Shown here in pieces: positions 52,165 to 64,000 of a DNA stretch of 64,000 nucleotides (positions within the stretch are counted from its first letter, which is position 1; each line of letters opens with the position of its first letter). The stretch comes from Octopus vulgaris. Lineage: Eukaryota. The notes beneath the pieces were generated by a model. That model saw only the letters and a list, made by a program, of their open reading frames with translations, made no database searches and had not been told where the DNA came from. Where the stretch lies: positions 78,120,001 through 78,184,000 of the forward strand of contig OX597831.1 in assembly GCA_951406725.2 (NCBI GenBank), in the 5' to 3' direction. Both the position numbers and the translations under genes were made by a program.

Positions 52165-52650
52165 CGTAACAGTCGGACAGTTAGATGATACAAGGAGGGA
52201 GAGGAAATAGTAAGGTCATTCGGAGCCTTCTATCGTCCGTCGAGTTCCAAATCATCCCTTCAGTTTCGACCCGTTAGACTCGAGACTGCTGCAATCTGGC
52301 CGGCCCCAAGAAAATCTAAGCTAAGAGCTCTAGATTCTTTGGAAGGAAGCGGGCGAATATATACGAAAACAAGGAGGCACAAAAAAAACGGAGGAATGTT
52401 ACACAATTGCAAATACACACAAGACAATAACAATAGGTGTCATTCGACTAAAATCAACTTGAATTAACCTGGTATATATGGAGTGAAGCTTTACGGCAGG
52501 AGCATGAGGGATGGAAGTCACGGGAAGGAATATAAGAGATCCAACACGGATGGAAGTCGAACCAAGAAAATAGGGTCAAACTTACCGGAACACCGGTCAC
52601 GTGGAAGGAGAGGAGAGAGGTCGGTGGCAGAGGGACGAGAAAGAGGAAAA
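52165..52650 (-). mobile_element. family F1 element with permuted HHR at 52223-52289
   Basis: Minus: CAGT-C-TCGAGT ctaac GGGTC-GAA-ACTG linker ACTCGA-CGGACGA-tagaa-GGCTC; core mutated. Confidence 0.75.
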
Positions 52651-52679
52651 TAATATATATATATATATATATAATTTTC

Positions 52680-52876
52680 CTATCATTTTATGTTTCAGTT
52701 TATTTTACTGCCGCCATACTGGTGCATCGACCCCAGGACTTATTCTTTGCAAGCTTAGTACTTGCTCCATCAGCTCTTTTGCCGAACCGCTAAGTTACGG
52801 GGACGTAAACACACCAGGATCGGTTGTGAAGTGATGCTCGTGGGACAAACACAGACACACAAATATATACATATAC

Positions 52877-52956
<80 letters not shown>

Positions 52957-52958
52957 TA

Positions 52959-53018
<60 letters not shown>

Positions 53019-53192
53019 AGAGAGAGAGAGAGAGAGACACAGACAGACAGACAGACAGACAGACGAAGGGCTTCTTTTAGTTTCTGTCTACCAAACCCAC
53101 TCACAAGGCTTTGGTCACATCGAAGTTATAGTAGGAAACACTTGACCTAGGTGCCACGTAGTGGGACTGAACCCAGAACCATATGGTTGGTA
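52680..53192 (-). mobile_element. SINE family B (decayed, expanded TA)
   Basis: Reverse-complement match. Confidence 0.8.
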
Positions 53193-53207
53193 ATATATAT
53201 ATATACA

Positions 53208-53272
<65 letters not shown>

Positions 53273-53291
53273 AAATTCACGCACATGGTAG

Positions 53292-54340
53292 AGAGTAGAA
53301 AATGCCATTATATATGGCCTTCATTGATCTGACAAAGACCTTTGACTTGGTAAGTAGAAAAGGCCTCTTCCTCCTGCTCCAAAATATCGGATGTCCACCA
53401 AAGCTGCTGAGGATCATCAAATCTTTCCATGATGATATGCAAGATACCATACAGCACAATGGTTCAACATCAGCCGCTTTCCAAATAAAGAACGGGGTAA
53501 AGCAAGGCTGAGTCCTTGCTCCTATATTATTTGGCATTCTCTTTTCGCTGCTGCTGTCACATACTTTTGAGACATCAGATGATGGAGCGTTTCTGCGCAG
53601 TAGAAGTGACGGGAAACTGTTCAATCTCTCGCGCCTGCATGCCAAGACCAAAATCAGAAGCGTCCTGATCAAGGAGATGCTATTTGCTGATGATGCCGCT
53701 CTGGTATCACACACAGAAGAAGCCATACAAAGGCTCATCAACTGTTTTGAGCAAGCATGTAACAACTTTGGCTTAGCTATCAGCCTTAAGAAGACCAACA
53801 TCATGGGCCAGGCTACATCGGACATCCCAAACATACATATTGGAGACCACAGACTACAAGAGGTGGAGAAGTTTACCTGTCTTGGCTTTACCGTCACCTA
53901 CAACCTATCCCTTGATGCCGAATTGAATATACGCATTGGAAAGGCAGCTGCTGTGATGGCCCAACTCTCCAAACGGGCATGGGACAACAATAAGCTGACC
54001 AAGACCACAAAAATGAAGATCTACCTTGCATGTGTACTTAGCACTCTACTGCATGGAAGTAAGACCTGGATGCCGTACACACGCCAAGAGCGTTGCCTAA
54101 ATATCTTTCACCAGCGCTGCCTCCGGAAAATCCTTGGCATCAAATGGCAGAATCATGTCCCCAACAAAGATGTCCTCAAGCAAGCAGGAATACCAAGCAT
54201 GTTTGCACTCCTCACACAAAGACGTATGAGATGGCTTGGATATGTTAGCCGTACGGAAGATGGCAGAATCCCCAAGGATGTACTCTACGGAGAGCTTGCT
54301 AGGGGCAGTAAGTCTGTTGGAAGACCGTTCTTAGGATACC
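53292..54340 (+). mobile_element. RTE-clade LINE internal fragment
   Basis: FIDLTKTFDLV, GVKQG*, MLFADDAAL, GRIPKDVLYGEL; same family as 47851-50182. Confidence 0.93.
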
Positions 54341-54661
54341 AAGCAAATTCCATTGAACGACAATGAAAACCTTTAATGGTACTGTTCAGACAGAGCAAAC
54401 AATAGTTTTGTCTTTATGCAAACAGCTGCTTAGGTTATCCTTTATTGAGATATTCCCGATGAGCCGAGATGAGAACCCGGCTTCTTTTTACAGACAGCCC
54501 GCTTGTTTAACCTACAAGGTTAAACAAGCTGCGAGGTTTAACCCACAAATGCGTAAGGAATAAGATCTTTTGTTCAATACACTTTCGCACCATTCACTTC
54601 TGCCTTGGTTCAGCATAACAAGGAACAGCCAAGTGACATCTATCTATTTTTCTTTTTATCA

Positions 54662-54752
<91 letters not shown>

Positions 54753-54754
<2 letters not shown>

Positions 54755-54995
54755 GACCGATGTTACCGTGGTATTTTCCGTAGGTTTTTCTTTCCGCGAA
54801 TAAACCTTATTTGTTTCTCCCTTTACAGTTTACATCATTACATTTCTGTGATACACGATCCCTATTGATATTTTTTTTTACGTTCCCTTTTGATCGAAAA
54901 CTTACCCCCACCCTTTTTTTCCTCCCCCAAAAGAAAAGCTCTACTTTGTAATTTGTCCCCTCTGTTTTCAGATCTGTGTGGCTAATAAAGAAACA
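54753..54995 (+). mobile_element. Tx1-type LINE 3' UTR only, in (TATC)n
   Basis: Matches 37837-38112. Confidence 0.85.
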
Positions 54996-54997
54996 TG

Positions 54998-55075
<78 letters not shown>

Positions 55076-55091
55076 GTCGCTCTGATAGATA

Positions 55092-57863
55092 AATTTCTAT
55101 ATTGGCCACACAGGGCTAAACACAGAGGGGACAATTACAATGTAGAGTTTGTCTTTTCGAGGAGGGGTCGGGCGAAAACAAAGTTAAAAAATAGGGACAA
55201 CGATCAAAATGGATCGAAATCGTTGGGGATATATGCAAAAAATGTCGAAATAGTACAAAAAGTTCCCCAAAAATGGGGAGGTTTATCTGGGGAAAGAAAA
55301 ACTTACGAAAAGACCACAGTAATTACGTCACATATTAACATGTATATACAAATAAGTAACTCTCTGTATTAAATTTTTACGGTTCACAGGATCATGTTCA
55401 AGGTGGCTTCGTCATTCATACGCACCATCCTTGCTACATTCACCCATCTTTTTTTGAAACAGTCGCTAAACAAAACTTCCCTCTCTACTCTCACCTTCCT
55501 TTTCAAGTGGTACTTGAAGAAGTTGATGAGAGATCGACCAGAGAGGAAAGTGTTTGTCTCTAATCCTTTGAGACGCGTCCACCAGATACATTCTTTCGCC
55601 ATAGCTACAAGTATTATAAAAATAGCTCTTCCTTTCCGTTTGAAGGAAGGAGGCGTGACGATATTGATGATAGACTCGGCTGATAAACCGACTCGTCCCA
55701 CACGTGAAAGCAGTCGTTCGACATAAGCCCACAGGTCGGAAATGGTTGGACACCGCACAAGTGCATCTCGGGCAGGTCGGCCCCGTGTTTCTCGAACCAT
55801 GTCTAATGAGTTTATCCCGAACGGGTAGCGCTTCTCGGTAACACTGCCACGCCAGGGATCTCTGGAAATTGTCCATAGGTCCTAACCCGAAATTCGTCTT
55901 GAACAGGCGGGTCAGGTATTCCCCGTCGACGCCCAGGTTCGCCCCGAGCTCGTCGTCGTACCTCCCCTCCACTAATCCCCTATAAAATGCCTTCATGGTG
56001 ATGCAGTTGCTCAAGTTCGACCCAGGACGGCAGAGTTGCAGGAGAGCAACGCGACACTCGCGGTGCTATTCGCCCTTCCTCGGCCTCTTTTTGATCCACG
56101 ATTGCAGCTCGGTCATGGACACGAGTTGCGGGAAAACGCGCCGCACAAACGGCGGCCACACCTGCTCACCGTCGTCTACGTAGAGCCGGAGATGTCGCAG
56201 TCTCAGCGTGTGTCTGCGCATCATCAACCACGGCATGCCCGGCCCTCCTTTCAGCAGGTGTTGACCCCAAATGGATCGCCTGACCATCGGAACTTTTCCT
56301 TTTCACAAGAAGCGGAAGTGGATGCACTCCAGTTTGGTGACGGTGGGGTCGGGACAAGGCACGACGGTCAGGCGGTACTCGATGACGGACGCGATGTACG
56401 CGTTCTCCACCTGCGCCCGACCTTTTAGGGACAGCTTCTTCTCGGCTCATTGCCTGGTGAGAGTGGCCACCCTACTCGTTATCTCCTGCCAGTTCTTCTC
56501 CGTCTCCAGGTCTGGACCGAACCAGACTCCGAGCAATTTGACCGGCCCGTCCGTCCAGCGTCCCACTACTGAGGTGCTTATCTAAGTCTAGCGTACACGT
56601 CACACGTTTGTGATCTGTGTAGCTGACTATGTGGAATTGTGGACATCCTAAGCTATCCCTATCTGCTGTCATGCATAGTATCCTATCTAGATACGATCTC
56701 GACGACCCAATGCGGTTGCTCCATGTTCACGTTGGCACATTTGGGTGGTCGAGTCTGAATCTTAAAGTAAAGACGATATTCGTAGACCTGGAGGGTAGAC
56801 TGGTCGTCCTGGATGTCGACGGCAGCGATGGGTGTGCTTTTCGACTCCTGGCAGTCTATGTACCGCCTTTAACAGGTCGGGCGGATTTCTTTCGACGTCT
56901 AGAAGTATTCCTGCGAACATCTCGTCCTTTACTTTTATTGGGGGATTGGAATGCAACCTTGGACACGCATCTAGACTACGTGGGGAGAGACGAAAGTAGA
57001 CGGGGATGTAAAAGCCTCAGAGACCTGCTCAGACGCTTTCAACTGTTGTTTTTTTGCTGTTGGGCAATCATTTTTGAGGTGTTCCTCGCTGCCACACAAG
57101 TAACTGCGAGGCCTCCTACCCTCTACCACCACGTAAAGGAAACTGCCATCTGGCAGCTCAATTTGGTGGGGGATGTTATTGATTTGGTTTTGATCATTTT
57201 GCATCAATAACTGAACCATTTTCCCCGACCATTTCTTTTCCTCTAAGGTGGCATATTCCAGAATATTTATATTCTTCTCCATTTTGTAGCAAATGGCTGA
57301 CAACAGCCATTGTGATTCTATTTCTGGAGGGACATTTTAATCGAAATTTTGGTCACGCGTTGACCAAGGTAGGTCGGAATTAAAATTAGTTTTTCCGAGT
57401 GTAATGTGAGCGTCGAAAGTTCTTTCGCTGTTTCTTCGCTGTCGAAGCGAACCTGTATCGTGGCATATTTATTTGCCCAATTTAAATAAGACTTGTGTGC
57501 CCATATTGGCCGTAAACATTTTTCAATCAGTTCTGGTTGTGCTTGTTCAGGTCTGCGTGTTTTTGCGTTTAGGACTTTGTATATTATTGTTTTCTTTCGT
57601 GTGTTGTCTATGATGTTTTGTGGTATGTGTAAGCGTAGATGTGAACCTTCTTCAGTTAACAGGGCTTTTGTTTGTTTTATTTGTTCTGTTGTGAAGTGTA
57701 ATATTGTCTTTTTTTGTTTTAATGCTTGGTGGTAGTGATGGTGGCAGAGGTGTCACTTGTAGTAGCTGAGGTTGTAGTAGTGGTATTATTGTTGGCTGTT
57801 ATTGTACACGGCAAAACGACGATATTGTTGTTGTTGGTGGTGGTGGTAGTAACAGTGGTAGCC

Positions 57864-57896
<33 letters not shown>

Positions 57897-58296
57897 ACAG
57901 GGCTGTTAACGAAAGTGGTTGCAGCGTTCACTTCCACGTCACTCAGGTTTCTCTTTGATGTCTTGCTGGTCATGTCTGTTCTATTCGAATGTGTGTGCGT
58001 GCAGGAGTTCTTTTTTTCTCCTAGCGTTTCAAGGTTAGGGAAATGCTGGTCCATGAAGGAATTTGACCAGCGTTCAACAATAAAATTTCTCGACATTTTT
58101 TTATTGTCGAGAAGAAAAATATACAAATGACTTAGGGTTGAAACTGATCCTAGGGGCGAATTCCTCCCTTGGAAAAACACTCAAACAAAAGTTGGGTGCT
58201 TTACACAGCTCATTTACAAAAATGTACACCAAATGAGGGCTATAAATAGTCAAAATAAACGATTACCTACGGAGCCGATGTGACAACACGTCAGTC
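55092..58296 (-). mobile_element. rearranged Tx1-type LINE retaining both ends
   Basis: 5' end in (GATA)n; ORF1 remnant with zinc knuckle (VVVEGRRPRSYLCGSEEHLKNDCP); inverted APE endonuclease piece at about 56700-57040 (+; EGRLVVLDV..AVYVP..LLLLGDWNA); ORF2 end 56575-55384; 3' UTR. Confidence 0.88.
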
Positions 58297-58361
<65 letters not shown>

Positions 58362-59010
58362 TCAGACAGAGGGATAGATAAACAGATAAATAGACAAATA
58401 GAGTGGTAAGCCTCCATGTGTTTGTGTGAATGTATATGACAGAAATAACTGAACTGCGTTAGCTGCGCATGTGCGACTGTGTAGATGCTGGCATTTCCCG
58501 TCTGAGCGTGTATGTTTAAATATGTGTCCGTGTTCGTGTTCTGCTTTTCGGGAGATGTTTCTAGTTAGAGGCTAACAACTTTTTTATTGTTGATCTTTAA
58601 GATAATATAACTTCCTCTGTAGAGTTTTAAATAATGACAGCTCGTTCTCACGAGACACATACCGAACGCTTCATATCCTCTTGATGCACATGCACGTTAG
58701 CAAGTAAATACATACGCACACACTCTGTGTGTGTGTGCGTATCGTAATACATATACGTACATACACACACACACATATATATATACACACACATACATAC
58801 ATATATATATATATATACATACACACATATATATATGTATATATATATATGTGTGTGTGTGTATATTACGAGGCACATACCGCTCATACTCACACATACG
58901 CCCACATACACGCACATATACACTTATTTATATAGGCATATGGATTAATTACACGCCAACACCCACGCATGTTATAATATTAATAGGAATATGTTCATTC
59001 AAGGACAACC

Positions 59011-59044
<34 letters not shown>

Positions 59045-59574
59045 CTCTCTTTCTGAGTCTCGAGTCTGCCCTTGTTTCTCCTTCTATGACACACACATGC
59101 ACACATATATGAGCATGCACACACACACACACACATACATATATACACAGCTTTTCCGGTGCTTATGAATGCGTGCACACGTAAAATGTTGCCTTTCAAT
59201 ATATGTCAAATTGCGACTGACATCGGTGTACAATTCTTCTTCATGTGTGTGTGTACAGAGATTACACATATATGTATATGTGTGTCAGTAAGTTTATATA
59301 TATATATATATATGCACCCACACAGATACACACACATATATATATAACATATATAATTTATATATATATATGTATATATAAATACATACATACATATATA
59401 TGTATGCATTTATGCATATATATATATGCATATATACATACATACATAGATACATATATATATCTATATTGGTGTGTATATATATATATATATGCTATAA
59501 TCACACACACATGTATATATGTACATGTCTATATCTATCTATTTATCTACCTTTTATTTCTCTCTCAACACACT

Positions 59575-59608
<34 letters not shown>

Positions 59609-59926
59609 CTCACACACATACACACACACACACACACACAGACATGTTCAGACACACTGTTATGTAAATTCCCATTCGTTGAATTCGCAGAGTCATAATT
59701 TAAGATTAACTTCATTTTCTCTCGCTCCTGCTAATGTAAATCTATCAATAATATAGCTACACGCATGTGTTTAGCCGTATTAACTATGGAAACACCATTA
59801 AAGCGCTTGCAGCGTAGTTTCACTACTATGTCAGAGGTTATTTCTCGATATATAAAATGGCTGATTCGTTCTTTGTCCGTTTCTGCTGGAAATGTATTAT
59901 TTATATACATTTTAGATTCCCCTTTA

Positions 59927-60120
59927 CGGTGGCAAGCTGGCAGAATCGTTCGCACGCCTTTACATTCTGAGTTCAAATTCCACAGAGGTCGACCTTACCA
60001 TTCATCTTTTCCTGGTCGATAAAATAAGTACCAGCTAAATACTGGGTTCGATTTAATCGACTAGCCCGCACCTCCCCACCCAAAAAATTTCAGGCTCTGC
60101 ACCTTCAGTAGAAAGGATTA
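59927..60120 (+). mobile_element. SINE A variant with alternative tail ending in (TTA)/(TTG)n
   Basis: Head and central domain plus AAAATTTCAGGC...TAGAAAGGATTATT. Confidence 0.8.
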
Positions 60121-60144
60121 TTATTGTTGTTGTTGTTGTTGTTG

Positions 60145-60206
<62 letters not shown>

Positions 60207-60208
60207 TA

Positions 60209-60450
60209 TTGTTTTGCACAGCTTGTAACATTGGAGATGTACTACAGTGTCAGCTGTTTACTACCAGTGAACTAAGATAACACCTTTTATTTTTCGAGCA
60301 CCTTCCAGAGTATTCGAGCGGTTCCAAGCAGTGCTATTTTCTGCAAGTGGTCCACCCTTATTACAGCCCCTATTTGTTCCACGTACTTCTCAAGATTTTT
60401 GCTCACTGTTACCAAGGCTCCGACAATTATTGGTACTACTACCACCATTT
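60209..60450 (-). mobile_element. R4/Dong-like 3' end running into (TAA)n
   Basis: MVVVVPIIVGALVTVSKNLEKYVEQIG..LQKIALLGTARILWKVLEK* plus 3' UTR shared with 4367-4410. Confidence 0.82.
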
Positions 60451-61039
60451 GATAGAAGACTTTCGGTAAAATAATGTATCTATTTATTCTCAATACGATC
60501 AGGCAGATTTGAACGTGATCTGATTGCTGTTGTTTTCCGTCATCAGAGAGCACCACCTCCTTTTACACAACGTGCGGTTCACCTGAGTAAAGAGGATTTT
60601 GCACATCGCGATGCTTCGACCTTATTGAGTGTCTTCTCAATGAAAACTACCTCCGAACGAATGAAATTAAACGAGAGTAATCGTTCTTGTTTGTAGAATC
60701 TGCAAGCAAATTATTTACTGATGCATGCTGGTGTCTGCCAAACATGTGGCGCACGCAAAACATGTGGCGCATGCAAAGCAGTGGGAAATCAAATAATAAC
60801 GTATCTATTCATTCTCAATACGTTGAATGCTTCTTGAAGAGCGTTGCGGTAATGTCTTGCACAAGAAACTCATCTGTAATGTGTCGTTTAGGACCCCAGT
60901 CAATCTTGATACACAACGCCCAAGAACATTAGCCACGTGGTGATAGTTTTCAAGATATTTATTTAAATATGCATAAGTGTTTGTGCGTGCGCATGCGTGT
61001 AAATGTGAGTGTTTATATACACCTTTTATCGTTCTAATG

Positions 61040-61217
61040 ACTTGTTTCAGTCATTAGACTGCGACCATGCTGGGGCACCACCCTGATGACCGAACGAATC
61101 GACCCCAGTTTCTTTTGTGTGTGTGCGCGTGGGTATGTATGTATGTATGTATGTATGTATGTATGTATGTATGTATGTATGTATGTATGTATGTGTGTGT
61201 GTGTGTGCGTGCGTGCT

Positions 61218-61265
<48 letters not shown>

Positions 61266-61570
61266 GCCTGGTACTTGTTGCATTGATCACTTTTGCCGAA
61301 CCGCTAATTCACGGGAAAGTATCGACACCAGCATCGGTTGTCAAACGGTGATGGAGGACAAGCAGACACACATTCACACACACACGCCCCCCTCACACGG
61401 ACACACAGACACACGTAAATATATACGACTAACAAATCCTCTGACAAGACTTTGGTCAGCACGAGTTTATAGTAGAAGACACTCGTTCAAGGTGTCACGC
61501 AATGGGATTGAACACGGAAACATGTGATCAGGAAGCAAGCTTCTTAACACGCAGCCATGCCTGCGCCTAT
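61040..61570 (-). mobile_element. SINE family B (older)
   Basis: Reverse-complement match with microsatellite expansion. Confidence 0.8.
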
Positions 61571-62175
61571 TGTACATATTTACATGTATGTATGTTTGTT
61601 TGTATGCATATGTATACATATTTATAAGTGTGTGTATGTGTGTGTGTATACATATATATGTATATATATGTGTGTGAGAGTGAGAGAGAGAGGGGGGAAG
61701 GAGAGGCAAGGAGAGGAAGGGGCAGAGAGGGGGGAAGTTGTATATGAACTATTTAAAAAGGAGTCGTTTAATTGGTTACCGTTTTAGTGTTTTCCACGCA
61801 CAAGAGCAGCAGCAGCAGCAGCAGCAGGGAAGACGACGACGACGCGAACAACAACAACAACAACAATCAAAATAACAATAGTAACAACAACAACAACAAC
61901 GGGGGAATAAAACAACAACCGCGACATCTCATTGAACTTTTTTGGAAAAAAAAAACTTCCTTCAGTGGAACACTTGAAGCGTTGATCGGTTTTGCCAGGT
62001 GAGCCCGGCATTTCGCTGATAAAGTCAGTGTGTACTAAGAAACCAGTGATGTGGTGGCGGTGGTGGTGGTGGTAGTGGTGGTGGTGGTGGAGTGGGAGGG
62101 AGGGGAAGGGATAAAGACGTTTGTTTGTAGATGATCATCAGTGGATTTGTTAATGTAGTCTTTAAATAAACATGT

Positions 62176-62209
<34 letters not shown>

Positions 62210-62272
62210 AGAGAGAAAGAGGAAGATCGAGATAGATAGATAGATAGATAGATGGATAGGTAGATAGATAGG

Positions 62273-62315
<43 letters not shown>

Positions 62316-62490
62316 TGACAAAAAGGGAGAGTGGGAGTAAGTGTGTGTGAGAGGGAGAGAGTAGAAGGGGAGCTAAAATGTGATCATGGGATAGCTTTTC
62401 TAGAAAGTGTTTTAAGACTAAAAATTAGATACAACACACACACACTCTCTCTCACATATATGTAAACGTATGTTTGTAGGAATTTATATA

Positions 62491-62687
62491 CTCTTTTACT
62501 TGTTTCAGTCATTTGACTGCGGCCATGCCGAGCACCGCCTTTAGTCGAGCAAATCGACCTCAGGACTTATTGTATCGGTGTCTCTTACCGAACTGCTAGG
62601 TTGCGGTGACGCAAACACACCACCATCGGTTGTCAAGCGATGTTGGGTGGACAAACACAGACACATAAACATATACACACGAATACG

Positions 62688-62732
<45 letters not shown>

Positions 62733-62870
62733 GACGGGCTTCTTTCAGTTTCCGTCTACCAAATCTACGCACAGGGCTATTTTTGGCCCGAGGCTATGGT
62801 AGAAGACACTTGCCCAAGGTGCCAGGCAGTGGGAATGAACTCGGAAACATGTGGTTGGTAAGCAATCTAC
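62491..62870 (-). mobile_element. SINE family B
   Basis: Reverse-complement match. Confidence 0.88.
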
Positions 62871-62884
62871 TCATATATATAAAG

Positions 62885-63400
62885 GAATACCAAAACTGGG
62901 ACAAGAACGTAAAACATCCAGACAGACGATACAAAAAAACAAGGATGGATCATTCGGAGCTTCCTTTCTTCAGTCGAGTTCCAGATTATCTTTGCAATTT
63001 CTGCTGGTTATACGCGAGATTGCTCCAATCTGGCCAGCCCCTAGAAAAAACTAAGCTAACAGCATTAGATTCCTTGGAAGAAAGCAGCGAATGCATTAAA
63101 AAACAAGGACGGAAATAACGGAGAAATGGTACGCAAATACAAATGCAAATAAGGACATTAACAACAGGTGTCTTTCGACTAAGGACGAATTAAATTAAGT
63201 GTGTGAATGTGAAGCCTTACGGCAGGGACATAAGACATGACAGGCATAGGGAGGAATATACATGTTGCACGGGTGGAAGTCGAACCAAGACAGGAAAGTC
63301 AGACTTGGCCGAACAGCAGTCACGTGGAGAGAGAAGAGAGAGAGGTCGAGGCAGAGGGATAGAAGAATTAGGGAGGAACGAGAAGAAAAGAAAAGGGACA
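62885..63400 (-). mobile_element. family F1 element with permuted HHR at 62958-63023
   Basis: Minus: GCAAT-C-TCGcGT ataacc AGCa-GAA-ATTGC linker ACTCGA-CTGAAGA-aagga-aGCT. Confidence 0.78.
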
Positions 63401-63549
63401 GCATGTATATATATATATATATTTAAATATACATGTACATACATGGGATCATGGGATAGCTTTTCCACAAAGTGTTTAAAGACTAAAGATTGGATATAGC
63501 ATACACACTCTCACACATATATGTAAACGTATGCATGTAGGAATTTATA

Positions 63550-63600
<51 letters not shown>

Positions 63601-63603
<3 letters not shown>

Positions 63604-63913
63604 CGCAAAAAATGTTTATTTAATTCATTTTGCGGGAAGGCTGCTTCGGCCTGGCTGTGTTCTGCCCTTACCTTCGAAACACGCATTGAGTCGAAACAGG
63701 GGCAGCTGAAGAAGGGGAATGTTCCTTGCATTGCTTGTCTTGTACTCTGTTTTTTCGTTGTTAAAAAAATTCGTTTCCTTGTTTGATTTTATGTTTTCGT
63801 TTCTACGTTTATTTGTGGTGTCCTGTACTCATATATGCATGTATATATACACATAGATGTAGGTATGTACATATATGTATGCATGTATGCATATGTTTTA
63901 TTTATTAAATTGT

Positions 63914-63918
<5 letters not shown>
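63601..63918 (+). mobile_element. divergent family F2 3' fragment
   Basis: Shares TGTACTCT..., GTCCTGTACTCATATATGC...GCATATGTTTTATTT with the reverse complement of 30429-30650; (TA)n on both sides. Confidence 0.75.
63656..63717 (+). ncRNA. non-circularly permuted hammerhead candidate (F2, divergent)
   Basis: TGTGT-T-CTGCCCTT a CCTTC-GAA-ACACG 14-nt linker AGGGGCAG-CTGAAGA-AGGGG. Confidence 0.72.
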
Positions 63919-63957
<39 letters not shown>

Positions 63958-64000
63958 TAGCGGAGAATTTTTTGCTACCCTTATATTTATTAATATATAC

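Overview
AT-rich, microsatellite-dense animal non-coding DNA. The SINE/LINE repertoire looks cephalopod (octopus-like); that assignment is inference. I found no credible host gene, and almost all ORF-track entries are microsatellite read-throughs. The window is a mosaic of tRNA-derived SINEs, LINE fragments (Tx1/L1, RTE, CR1/L2-like, R4/Dong-like), a non-autonomous Helitron and many short non-coding elements sitting in (TA)n tracts. The main result concerns these short elements. They have Penelope-like (PLE) architecture (partial tandem and inverted ends), and together they carry about 20 hammerhead ribozyme (HHR) motifs. About ten read well as type I HHRs and a few more are degenerate. Two families (six complete copies, one partial) carry a hammerhead whose three strands are in a NON-circularly permuted order: cleavage strand, then GAAA strand, then CUGANGA strand. 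Compensatory changes in stems I and III between copies support that fold. Other observations: two SINE-LINE 3'-tail partnerships, partitioning of element families among microsatellite targets ((TA)n, (TAA)n, (GATA)n), and a locally templated insertion. All folds were made by eye, and boundaries are approximate unless given to the base.
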